From Felis catus (taxonomy: Eukaryota): DNA of 64,000 nt. Location: positions 147,500,001 through 147,564,000 of the forward strand of contig NC_058368.1 of assembly GCF_018350175.1 (NCBI RefSeq). Reading direction: 5' to 3'. The position numbers were made by a program, and so were the translations under genes. Below the pieces are notes generated by a model. That model did not search any database. It was given only the letters and a program-made list of their open reading frames with translations, and was not told the DNA's origin. Shown in pieces: positions 52,050-64,000 of this stretch. Within the stretch, counting starts at the first letter, position 1; every line of letters begins with the position of its first letter.

Positions 52050-53900
52050 TCGTATTTGCTTTTTAACCTTTTCTCCTTTTTCCCCCCACCTATAGGGCAG
52101 TGCTTTTATTTTCTTGCCTTCCAACTGGATTATTCATGAATTATTGTTTTTTTTCTGTTAGCCTGTAGATTATTTATTCTATTACTAATCTTTTAGAGAT
52201 TATCCCAGGAATTATACTGTACATATACAAATTAATGCCTTTCTACTTCCCAAATATTGTAAGACTCTTGCCCCTTTATCTTCTTCAAATATATTTGTTT
52301 TAATTAAGCAGGTATTTTAAAAATTGCATATCCTTTTTGTTTTACATACTCAATATTCATTTGCATTTAACCACACGTTAACCCTTTCCATTGTTCTTTA
52401 TTCCTACCTTTATTTAGTTATTTATAGCTGGGACTTTTTTCTGTTTGAAAAAAATTTCTTTAGTATTTTCTCAGTTTTTGTTTTTATGAAAATATATTTT
52501 TCTTTCACCTTTGAAGAATATTTTTGCTAAGTTTTGAATTATAGTTAGGAGTTTTATTCTTTGAAATTTTGAAGGCATCCTTCGATTATTTTCTGGTTTA
52601 CTTCATTTGTAATGAAAAGTCTATAGTCAGTCTTATTCTTTTCAATTATTTATTTGTCTGTTCATTTAATTACTTTATTTATTTATTCAGTGATCATTCA
52701 CTAGGTGCCTTGAACATGTTCTCTCTTTTTTTCTTTTTGTCACCACCTTGACTCTGATGTGCCTAGGTTTTACTTGTTTGGCTTTAAAAAAAATACGCTT
52801 ATACAGATTCTTTAATTTTTGACTTGATAACTTCTGACAGGATTTCGAAACACTTTGGCCTTTAGATCTTTAAATATTGCTTCTATCTAGTTTTTCTCTC
52901 TTTTCCTTCTAACATATATTAGACTTTGCCATGTGCCTCATATATCTCTTATGCTGTCTGTTTTTTGTTTTTCCCCATTCTATTTCCTCTCCAGGTTTCA
53001 GTCTGAGTATTTTCTGCTAGCTTATTTTACGCTTACTAACATATTTTATTCCATCTATGTTGCAATTAAGTTCATTTATCTAGTTCTTAATTGTTGTTTC
53101 GAATTCTAAATTTCTCACTTGATTTTTTTAAATCTAAATTCCAGTTTTCTTCTGAAATTATTATTATCTACTATCTGACATATATATTTTTTTAGTATTC
53201 ATTTTTGAGGGAGGGGGGAGAATATGAGTAGGGGAGGGGCAGAGAGAGAGGGAGAGAGAGAATCCCAAGCAGGCTCTGCACTGACAACGGGGCTCAATCT
53301 CATAAACAGTGAGGTCATAACCTGAGCAAAAGTCAAGAATCAAACGCTTAACTGACTGAGCCATCCAGGCACCCCTGACATACGTTAATTATAGTTATTT
53401 TAAACTTTTGTCTTCAACCTTCAATGACTTGTTTATATTGTCCATTTCTGTTCTTTTGGTTGTGCCATTTATCTCATCTATGGTGTATCTGGTAAATTTT
53501 GCTTGAATATAGCAAGTTGTGTCTAAAAAAGTGTAGAGATAAGTTGAGGCTCTGGTTTATGGTTACTCCCATGGGAGAGGAATTATTTTTGTTTCTCACA
53601 GGCAGTTTCAATGAAGAAAGATCATGTTAATCCAAATAATGTTTGAGCTAATTTAAGGCAGAGTTAAAGTCTTTGTAAAGGCAGATTTATAATTCAGTTT
53701 TCCTATTCCTAGATCTTATTCCTATCAAAAGGTTTCAGTTTTATGTGGGCTCACATATTCCTATATTCCTTTACTTCTAGGAAACAGACCTTCAGGGTTT
53801 CTGACCGAAAAACAAACGTTTTTCAAAGCCCTTCCTCATTGCCAGTGGTGAATTCTAATTTTTGTACTTTAACAGCATTTAACCCTCAAGATCTGCTCAT
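52050..53900 (-). mobile_element. Ancient L1M/HAL1 ORF1-region relic
   Basis: Reverse complement near 52640 reads KRIRLTIDFSLQMK*TRK (ORF1p CTD-like); T-rich strand bias. Confidence 0.6.
53186..53375 (-). mobile_element. CanSINE (SINEC)
   Basis: Ends 'gagccatccaggcacccc'; TSD core 'tgacata'. Confidence 0.93.
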
Positions 53901-54661
53901 CTCCTTAACATCTTTACCAGGGAGGTATCAAATTGGTGAATACATCAAGAGGGTTATGAGGGAGTGAGAGACAATACTTGGAATGTTGGATTTATGCCAT
54001 TGTACTTTTCTGTTGAAACTTAATACCTCAAATTTGGTTGCCAGAATCTAATATTATGACATAGATGTTAGAATTTTTACGGCTTCATTAATTCTTTACT
54101 GTAGAAAGATTAAGCTAATTCCCCATAGCTAAAAGTAAAAAAAAGTCATATTTTCATCCAATCATCAATGGCTTCAACTTTGTTTTACAAATTATCTCAC
54201 TGAACTTTAGCATGTATATCTAAAATATTTCTAATCATTATTTAATCATTATAATTATTTATTCTCTAAGTATTTGTTCCAATGCCACTCACCCATGCAT
54301 ATTTAAAGACTATAAGAGAGCACAACTTCTGTGTTTTTTTTATGGATTGATGTAGCTTGACTTTATGTCTGGCACATTGTCCTAATATGTGCCCAGTTTC
54401 TAAAAATTAAGTTCTTCCAAGTATTAAAAGGATGAAAGCATCACCCAGAAATCTCCATCTTTAGGGGTCATTCAAGTAAGCTTAAAGGACAATACATAAA
54501 AGTTTAGATTTGAAAATACATGCTCTAAATTCAGAACTCTAAAGGCTAATCCAGAAGAGTATCTTGAAAAATAATTAGGAGTAACAAAGTAGGTGTGAAA
54601 CGTAGTTCTATCAAAATGGAGACGTAACTGAATGTTAATTACGTTTGAAAATTTAATGAAT

Positions 54662-54888
54662 GGGGCACCTGGGCGGCTCAGTGGGTTAAGCGGCTGACTT
54701 TGGCTCAGGTCATGATGGCACAGTTCGGGAGTTTGAGCCCTGTGTTGGGCTCTGTGCTGACAGCTCAGGCAGGGCCTGGAGTCTGCTTCAGATTCTGTGT
54801 CTCCCTTTCTCTCTGCTCCTCCTCCTCTCGTACTCTGTGTCTCCATCTCTCTCGAAATAAATAAACATTAAAAAAAAGAAGAAGAAAA
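54662..54888 (+). mobile_element. CanSINE (SINEC)
   Basis: Full length; degenerate TSD 'gaaaatttaatgaat'/'gaaaattaaatggat'. Confidence 0.96.
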
Positions 54889-57800
54889 GAAAATTAAATG
54901 GATGATTTGCAGGAAGATACAGGCTAGAAAAAATAGGTTTGTGATAATATTGACCATTAGAAAAAGAAAAATTACAGGAGTGAGAGTCTTCCTAATAGAA
55001 TTTCCAACTGTTATTTACTTGAATGCATTTTAGGATCTTAATTATTATATATCCTTCAATTTTTAAAATTTATAATGAATGACACTTTTCAATATTGAGA
55101 AAAAGCAGCTAAAATAATAAATGGATATTCTAGATCATGTCATGTTATTTCTTATCTGGTCACATAATATAGATTATTTTTTTCAAACAGTTTTCAGGTT
55201 CCTTCCAATTTTGTCAGTTTTAAAAGCTGATTTTTAAACATGTGATGAAATGTGTTACACAGTAAATTGAGTTCTAGTATTAAGGTGCTTGAAATGACTA
55301 GATTAAAAGTTTTTAGATTTAATGCTTTTATTTCTTAGGTAATGGTTCAGTTATAAAAGTCCACTGAAACAAGAGTATTTAATACATTCTTCAGAGCGAA
55401 AAATGCTGACAGATGGAGTAGTACTAGAAATGTACTCAGTTATAAATAAGCATGAATTTGAAACACAGTGATACAGAAGTTATTTAATCATTTGTATATA
55501 AATCTTCCTTTGAACCCTCACCAGGTTCATGATTTTCCATTAGCAAATTATTTGAGTAAATTCAATTCATACAGATTTGTCTAACCTCCATTCTATTTCC
55601 TAGGTATATCATTTCAAACATTTCTGACATTGATAAAGTGAAATTCATTATGTTTAATAACACCACAATTTCTTTCAAAAACATTTTTCAAACAAAAGTA
55701 AGAGACAGTGATGGGTAAATTAATTATCCTACCTAATGTTTTAAAATTATAGGAAAAAGTCTATAATAACTAATATCAGCATTTTAATAATCAGGAAGAT
55801 AAATGGGAACATGCTAATAGTAAACTATTTTTATGAAGCAAGACATAAATCTTTGAATATTTTAACATCCTAATGTTGAAGCTATGACTCATTTATTGTG
55901 CATATTGTACCTTAGGCTCTATTCTAATTTTTAAATGGTTTTAAATTAAAAAGCAGGTAAACACCATTATAGTAAACTCTTCAAAGTAATGTCTGATGTT
56001 TTTCCTTTAATGTAATGCACTCTGTCAAATTCCATTTATATTACTTAGAATAAACAGACTAATAAACATAAACCATAATATGGTTAAGCATATTATGTTT
56101 AATTTTGGAAGCCATACATCAAAAGGATTTTAGGTTATAAAAAACACTTCAAGAAGGAAAACAATTGAAAGAATGAAAGTCTAGAACCTATGTTTTAGCA
56201 AGAATCACAAACAGGGCTGCTTAGCCCAGAAAACACATGTTCAGGGCTACTATATAGAAAAGGAATTATAACCCTTCTACTTGGCCCCATTAATTAAAAT
56301 ATAGAATAAATCAATACATACCACTGAGAAACAGAATTATTCCCACATAAGAAAATGTACTCCTAAAAATAAGAGTCATCTAACTTATCTAAAGATGAAG
56401 TGAGCCTGAGAATTCAAGCACCAGATTTGTGAGGGAGAGGAGACACAGGAAAAAGGTGGACTACGAATGTCCATTCAAGCATCTCAAATCTGTTATGAAG
56501 AATGATGAGATAACCTATGAACTATTAAATACATAGTTTTAATCCCTAATGAGACTATGGAATGATTTAAATCATCTTATACATGGATAGTAGAGAAAGA
56601 TTCACCATGTTTTCATATTCTCAATACTAAGAAATGCTAAATTATCTAATCTGACTCTCCCATCTAACACATAAAGAAACTAAGGCCAAGATATATGAAA
56701 CAACAACTTGTTAAATATTATTGTACAGAGAAAGTAAATTCCCTGCCCACAGACAATGGTATGCTAGTAGTGATTAAGAAATTGGTATTGTTATGAAAGA
56801 AGACACCCTGTGTCACACAGAGATTTTGAGTTCTTGGATAAGTTTTTTAGTTTTTCTAAACTTAAATTTCCAGTTATGTAAAGTTTGGATTTAAAGGAGG
56901 AAAAGGCTTCTACAAATCTTCATATGAAGGGTAGATAAACAATAAGAAATATGACAAAGCGGAGAAAAAGAGTAATAAGGCCTTTTCTTCATTTTCTACT
57001 TACTGCATTCTCTTCTGGAGCTTTTTGAAATGTCTGTATGTTACTATTTTTTTTTTTTTTACATTGGCATGAATTAGGACATTGGTATGCAAAGCCTTAT
57101 TTCTCTATTATTTGTACAACTTCACTTAATTTTTATTGCCTCTAGGCTGTAATCTTAGAAATAGATAATCTTAGAAATAGGTTAAATTTATGGATTAACA
57201 TTATGTAATTTACTAATTTTATTTACTAGCTTTATCTTCCAATTTACTTTGGAATTCTTTTTTACGCATCAACGAAAGTTTTGCTTGTTTTTTGTTTTGT
57301 ATTTCAATTATTTCTAATAATAAGTATATGCAAATCTTGAACATTATATTTGTAACATAAGTGCTAAAAGAGAATGAAATAAAAATACACTGTAGAGACT
57401 ACTAATCATGCCAAAAGTGATTTTCAATAAAGCAGTGAGCTTGGAAATATACTATTAATGGTTTTTCTGAAAAATTAGGAAAGGCTATAAATTAAGTGCC
57501 ACGTATTTGATATCGAACTGTATTTCAGATATATTTTGCCAGACTAGATTAATTCTATGTGGTTTGAATTTTTGATAGGTTTCACATATTCTTTTTTGGT
57601 AAAGTACAAATATGACAACAAAACTAAGAAACAGATTTTGGATCACCTGTGAAAAATAAATTTGTTTTAAAATATTTAATGATTCAAACATGCCTGGATA
57701 TAAATGCAGTACATGAGTTAACCTAAAATTACATCAATATTTTTGATTTCTCATGGAAGCATTAACCTTTCAAGACAGAGCTATTTCTAATAGCTCTTCC

Positions 57801-58324
57801 CAGAAGACTCCTTAAAGTTCCTCCATGATTTGAATTTATATGAATTAGTTATGTGTTGCTGCTCGGACAAGTTGTGATATTTCATTCCTATGGAAGAAAC
57901 CTGCATTGGTCTTTCCTAGTACAACCAGATCCACCATAATTCCTGATGCACTCCTGACAATACACAGTTATGTTCTCTTAGAAATGTTTATTCCTTTCAA
58001 AAACCTTATCCATTATACTTTTTTTTAATAAAGCAAAAAAAAAAAAACAATATTGTGCTCTCCAAAGTTATTTGCAACCTTGAAAAGGATATTTGCCCTC
58101 ATTGTTAAAAACAGTCTTTGAATGTGATTCAATATTGTCAGTATGCCCTTAGGAACTTGATAGTTCTTTAATTCATTTGATTTGCCTTTACTTTTGCTAA
58201 TGAATTAAGTTGCTTTGTGAACATGAAAGTTGTTTTTATAAAGAAGTATTTTCAGGAGAGGAATGATATTTTCAAATACATTAAAAAGATGTGTTCACAT
58301 ACACAGTGATTTAAACTGAAGAGT

Positions 58325-58588
58325 AGGGCACTTGGGTGGCTCAGTCCGTTAAGTGCCTGACTCTTGTATTCTGTGGGGGTCATGATCTCCTGGTTCATGA
58401 GTTCAAGCCCCGCATGAGCACACCCCACATAGGGGAGTCCTGCTTAGGGTTGCAGGCTGCACACTGACAGTGCAGAGAATGCTTAGAATTCTCTTTCTCC
58501 CTCTCTGTCTCTGCCCCCTGCATGCTTATGCACACACACTCTCCCTTTCCCTTCTCTAAAAAACAAATAAATAAACTTAAAAAATAAA
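58325..58588 (+). mobile_element. CanSINE with extra internal sequence
   Basis: Head 'agggcacttgggtggctcag', tail 'aataaataaacttaaaaaa'; longer than other copies. Confidence 0.9.
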
Positions 58589-58846
58589 GTAACAAAATAG
58601 TTACAATTTAGCAGGGCATCTTCTAAAGATTTATTATCATTTTTAATCAAGGTGGACACAAATATTCATCCTGACTTTACAAAGACATGTAAACTTATTG
58701 ACAGTCTAAATAGGTAAAACTCTTCTGGATTATAATGACTATCCTTAAAATAATAAACATCTCAGCTATAAAACCATTTCTCAGCCCAACTTGAAATAAA
58801 ATTTCAAAGAATCTTTGAATAGCTTTGCTTATGAAAATTAAAATAG

Positions 58847-59080
58847 AGGGACAACTAGGTGGCTCAATCAGTTGAACATTCAACAATTCAACATCAGTTG
58901 ATTTTAGCTCAGGTCAAGATATCACAGTCTTGAAATTGAGCCCTGAGTCAAGCTCAGTGGGGAATGAGAAGCCTGCTTGGGATTCTCTCTCTGTCCTTCT
59001 CTGTGTCGCTTCCCTGCCTGTGCTCTCTCTCTCACTCTCAAAATAAACAAACAAACAAACAAGAAAAAAAATTAAAAAAC
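58847..59080 (+). mobile_element. CanSINE (older)
   Basis: 'ggtggctcaatcagttgaa...gattttagctcaggtcaagat...gcctgcttgggattctctct', (AAAC)n tail. Confidence 0.9.
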
Positions 59081-59668
59081 TTCAAATAGATGGACACAGA
59101 GAACAAGAACTCGTGTATGTTATAATCAATATACCCTATTTCATTTAGTTAATGGCAGTCATATATTTCTGTTGTCTGATTTGAATGACCTAGATTCATT
59201 CAGCAATTTCTTCTTGTAGCATCAAAAAATGCAATGTGGTATGTGACTTTTATGTTCACTTAAAGTAGGATGTTTATTGTATTCATTGGTTGTGTCTTGT
59301 ACACGATGTGACATTTAATTATTTGTATTATTATTTCATCATTTACATATTCATTCTGACATTTAATACCCCAATTACAAATAAATGAATCTATACATAT
59401 GGCATTTATGTTTTAATACATGAAACACAAATGAAAAACTAAGATAGATATAAAAGTTAATTGCTATTTATTTTTAAGTAAGGCCTGCTGCTTTTGTTCC
59501 ACTAACAAAATCAAAGATTTGGAGACATAGAAAATGGTAGATTATCTATATGGTAGAATCTATGGCTGAGGAACACAATCAAGGGCATTAATGGATTTAT
59601 TAGAAATGAACACCAGAGAAAAGAGCTTATGTAATCAAGGAACCACCTATCCTAATGAGAGTTTGCAT

Positions 59669-59725
59669 TATCATGACCTAAGCCAAAGTTGGATGCTTAA
59701 CCAACTGAGCCAATCAGGCACACCC
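59669..59725 (-). mobile_element. Isolated CanSINE head fragment
   Basis: 'atcatgacctaagccaaagttggatgcttaaccaactgagcca'. Confidence 0.8.
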
Positions 59726-60732
59726 ATTCAAGTTCAATTTTAAGGATGAGTATTTATAGACAAATCTGTATTTTCTTATTGCATCATATCATAAAATATG
59801 TGTGTGTGTATGCGATTGTGTGTATACAGACACACACACAGTTGTTCCACATTTAGGGATACAAATACTAATCAGTGGATTCAGATGGTGACAGCCTTTT
59901 ATCCCTTATAAAATTTCCACCAATCCTTTACTTATCAGGCTTAGTTTTCACTATAATCACTGCATAGACTGATTTTTCAGTAAGCCTTAAAAATGGTAAT
60001 TTTTCTAATTTTATTATTCACCTTCTATAAAGACAGTCTTCTATAAAGAACTTTTTCTTCATCTTGAAATAAAATAATTCTAGGAAGGTAAATTAAATGC
60101 TTGATTATTTTCCTAAAAAGCCAAATGGTAAAGAGATAAATTTATAGGTGACTTCATTTGGTTGCTGATTTAGTTGATAGAGGATTATGGTGTGATATGC
60201 ACCCTAGTAAATAATTTAAAATTATGAATGTGCATGTATATTAAAATGTGAGTGTGTCACTTATCTATATATAAATTTATATGATATATATGGAAAATGT
60301 ATGTATTCTATATATTTTCTATATATAATATATAAGGAAAAATTATACCTATGTACACTCTTCAACTAAAAATTTGGTTTTCATAATGTGAGTGATCCTC
60401 GGGAATCCATGATGGCTTAAATGTCAAGTTTTAAAATTACAGGCTAGATCATTAGTCTTGTCTTACTGCTCAGCTAGTATGAGGAAACAGGGGAAACTGT
60501 TTCCTTTTCTGCATATTTTATAGATTCTGCTCCTTCTATTAACTGTGCATCTCTTTCTGTACTTCAAGTTCAAATGCCCCAAAGATGGCTACGTAGATTA
60601 GTCCCCATTCTTGGGGTTTTTGTGCTAGATCAGCAGTACAAGGTGACTGGAGACATGGAGCCAACTTGACAATTCATGTGTTAGAAATTACTTATGAATA
60701 AACTTTTCATACAATACCATGAATAAAAGTAA

Positions 60733-60763
60733 ATATATATATATTTATATTTATATATATTTA

Positions 60764-60809
<46 letters not shown>
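60733..60809. repeat. (TA)n microsatellite
   Basis: Direct reading. Confidence 0.97.
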
Positions 60810-60811
<2 letters not shown>

Positions 60812-61125
60812 CTGACTGAATAAAACCAGGCAGACAAAATGAAAGAGTAACATTTTGTATAAACTTCTAGAAAATGCAAACAAGTTCATAGCGACATAAA
60901 GTAGAACAGCAGCTGCCTGGATGTAAGGGAAGGGGTTCAGGAGGGAGATTACAATGAAGTACAAGAAAACTTGAGTTGGTGATGAATATGTTTATTATCC
61001 TCGTTGCTAAATGACATCATGGTTTTACCAGTATATACATATGTTGAAATTTTTCATACTGTATGCTTTAAAAACATGATGTTTAGTGCATATCATGTAT
61101 ATCTTAATAAAGTTATTGTAAAAAT
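60810..61125 (+). mobile_element. Old L1M 3' end
   Basis: 'ttctagaaaatgcaaac', 'ggtgatgaatatgtttattatc', 'tatatcttaataaagtt'. Confidence 0.75.
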
Positions 61126-62166
61126 ACGTTATGAAAATAAAGAACAATCCGAAGACTATATGGACACTCCAGTGACTAATAAGCAATTCAAGTTTACTGG
61201 AGAGACAGAAAAAAGGGGAGGGTTTGGAGTACAGAGTGCTGCAGGAGAAAATCAGTCTGAGGTTAAGCACACCAATGAAAATATTTCAGAAACCCTAGAG
61301 TAATACAAGAGCATTTGTCTACCTGATCATTTATTTTTATTTTTGAAAAACTTTATTTTATTTTAGAAAAAACCATTTCAAAAGCTTTTAATAATATAAC
61401 CAAAAAAAACTGAAATTTAATATTATAACTAGAAAATTGAAAAGTTTTCTACATTACATATTGTATGTCAGTTAATGACAAAGGAAGAAAATTATAAAGC
61501 ACAGAAAGTATAAAAAGCATAAAAAGGAAATGGGGATGGACAGAGAAAAGGGTGTTTAAAAGAAAGAGAAATAGAGACAGACAGAAAGAAATAAAAAATA
61601 CAGGCAGAGAGGAAGGCCAAACAGGAAGCTTTCATAGCCTTGGTTTATGCCACACATACTGTTTATCTGGTCAAAAAGTCCTAATTTCTGGAACATCAGT
61701 AAACTTTCTGGTAGTTTAAGGTAGTTCTTTTTATAATATGTCCCTCCTAATCTATTTTTCAATTACTTATTTTTATTTACTTTTGGCAGAATTCTCAAAG
61801 TTTTCGTGTAAATGAAGGGCTGACTTGGATTTCTAAAATATATCTAAGAAGGAAATATTTTAAACAAATATACTCCTATCATCAGATGATATATACAGAC
61901 CAATGTGTCAGCTTACAAGAACCCTAAGTCATTATTTGGCTATCTTAGAAGACAAAGATAATTCATGCACAAATCTTTTTATAGAAAAATTGATCCTTCA
62001 CCTAAAGAATTTAAAACTATTGCTTGTAATCTTAAACTATGAAAATCTTGTTACATGTAAATTTAAAATTTACTTGAAATTAGTAATATCATAAGTAATT
62101 ACTAGCTGATGGTAAATAAGGTTATACAAGCAATAATGTTGAACAAGGAATTTAAAAAAATTCTGA

Positions 62167-62368
62167 GGGGCGCCTGGGTGCCTCATTCGGTTAAGCGTCT
62201 GAATTTGGCTCAGGTCATGATCTCTGTTTTTGAGTTTGAGCCCCGTGTCGGTCTCTGTGCTGACAGCTCAGAGCCTGGAGCCTGCTTTGGATTCTGTCTC
62301 CTCTCTCTGCCCCTCCCACTTGTGCTCTGTCTCTCAAAAATAAATAAACAAAAAAAAAATTTTTTAAA
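62167..62368 (+). mobile_element. CanSINE (SINEC)
   Basis: Full head and tail; TSD core 'attctga'. Confidence 0.96.
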
Positions 62369-63011
62369 TGATTCTGAGATTGAAGATTGTTTCTAAGATA
62401 CTAGCTAATTCGACTTCTTGAAAGGAAATCATTGTGCAGACATCTAAGTTATTTTCAGGTATGTAGTTCCTAAACTCAAAACGTTGCATGGTAATGTAGA
62501 AAATTCAGGGGTAGCACACTGACATAATGGAAGGATTAAATCAGAATAGAGGTTAAAAAATAATGCTCATTGCGCAAACAATTGAATGTGTAGATGTGAC
62601 CAGCTACACAACAAAAGAACACTTATAAATCATGATGTCCAGAGATATTTGAGGGCCATACAAAATGGTAGATGAGATAGTAAGTGGTTAGAAGATATGG
62701 ACAAGCACCAACAAGGAGATCTTGCAATAGAATCTGTATGAGTATCAGACAGAAGATTTCAATGTTTTTTTGATCTAATACAAACTCTGCAGCTAGCAAT
62801 TCATGAGTCATTAGATGTAATACTTGTGGGAGATTTTGGCATATTCTATAAAATAGAATCACAAATCTCCTAATATGGAGTTGGACAAGATGTTGAAGAG
62901 TGTTATTATACAAATTAATTAATGTTCTGTAGTGTGCGCTTATTTCAACAATTTAGCAGTTTTTATGCAGTGCTGTGATGATGTTGCTGAACAGTGAATA
63001 TTTACTGATTA

Positions 63012-63208
63012 TTTAGTTAATTTTATTTTAGAGAGAGAATGCATGTGAGCAGCAGAGAGGGGCAGAGGGAGTGAGAGAGGGAATCTGAAGCAGGCTCCAC
63101 ACTCAGGATGGAGCCTGACGTGGGGCTCAATCCCCCAACCCTGGGATGAAATACCTGAGCCAAAATCCTAAGTTGGATGCTCAATGAACTGAACCACCCA
63201 GGTGCTCC
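63012..63208 (-). mobile_element. CanSINE (older)
   Basis: 'gaatctgaagcaggctcc...aactgaaccacccaggtgctcc'. Confidence 0.92.
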
Positions 63209-64000
63209 AACGTTTTTCAGAAAGAATCTTACACTAGTGTTACTATCTAAAATCCCTCTCTCATGTTACAGATGAGGTAATTGGAGCACAATAGGCATAG
63301 GTAACTGAACCAAAATAACAAAATTAGCAGAAAATTCAGTTTTAAACTTTTTGGTTGGGATTTGTGTTAATACCAGCAACTATGTGTCAGTCAATCTTCT
63401 GGCAGTAGTAGACACATAAATGAAGAAACCCTACATGCATTAACTTTGGCCTTCATGTAAGGTACCTTGTTTCCAAATGATAGGATAATTTAGGTACCTG
63501 TATTGAAGGAATGTGGGGTAGGATTTTGTTGCTAGAATCCTATTAATTCCCACCTCCTTTTAGAATTTCTTGCTGGGACTTTATACGTACTGTCTTTAAC
63601 AACCAGTTAGAAGTATCCAACCTTAAAAGCAATGTCTCCAGTATAAGTTGCTGGAGAAAAAGGGTAATGCTACATTTAAAATGTTTTTTCAGTATTCCAG
63701 TTTTCTCTCTAAAAGTCAAATCCAGATTCTGAAGCCATACATTTTTATTCCAGATTAATGAAAAAGACAACTCTAACTTTGATTTCAATTTCCAACAAAA
63801 GGAAACACCATAGTGTCATGATTTAATCAGACATTTGCTCAATCTTACACTATATGATTTCTAATGATGAGTTTTTCTTCAAAATCTTTGTGATGCAGGG
63901 TATTTAACAAGATCGTAAATGTAAGGTCTAAGCTGTTGCAGCAGTGAATTCCAAGTATTGATATGGTTCTCTGTCCTTATCTTTAGTTGCCACTGACAGT

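Noticed and set aside
57150..57180. 16-bp tandem duplication 'taatcttagaaatag(a)' (similar one at ~31487)
   Set aside because: Common slippage indels with no further structure
1350..62396. Recurring ORFs such as 'MAQ.VK.PT.AQVMIS' and 'GAPGW.SRLS.RLQPGHDL' that look like a gene family
   Set aside because: All are translations of CanSINE copies
62623..62913. 96-aa hydrophobic minus-strand ORF
   Set aside because: TTG start, composition typical of translated AT-rich non-coding DNA, no recognisable domain

Overview
This is AT-rich mammalian genomic DNA from a cat-family (Felidae) genome. The assignment rests on about 20 carnivore tRNA-derived SINEs (CanSINE/SINEC), three of which carry the young felid-type head 'GGGGCGCCTGGGTGG(C/T)GCAGTCGGTTAAGC(G/T)TCCGACTTCAGCCAGGTCACGATCTCG'. 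The window looks intronic or intergenic. It contains degenerate LINE-1 pieces (three of 2-3 kb plus older L1M/HAL1 fragments), MaLR and ERVL solo LTRs, L2/MIR relics and microsatellites. I recognise no intact protein-coding gene, RNA gene or CRISPR array; the supplied ORFs are repeat-derived or chance. I found no convincing new biological system. The most notable signals are DNA-repair and rearrangement scars: a templated insertion at ~23.65 kb copied in inverted orientation from 1.55 kb away with a snap-back hairpin, a 134-bp apparently perfect tandem duplication, a triplicated octamer motif, a young SINE without a TSD and a doubly truncated L1. Four low-confidence, phase-compatible minus-strand splice candidates could belong to an unidentified gene. 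Repeat subfamily names come from remembered consensus sequences, and boundaries are approximate.
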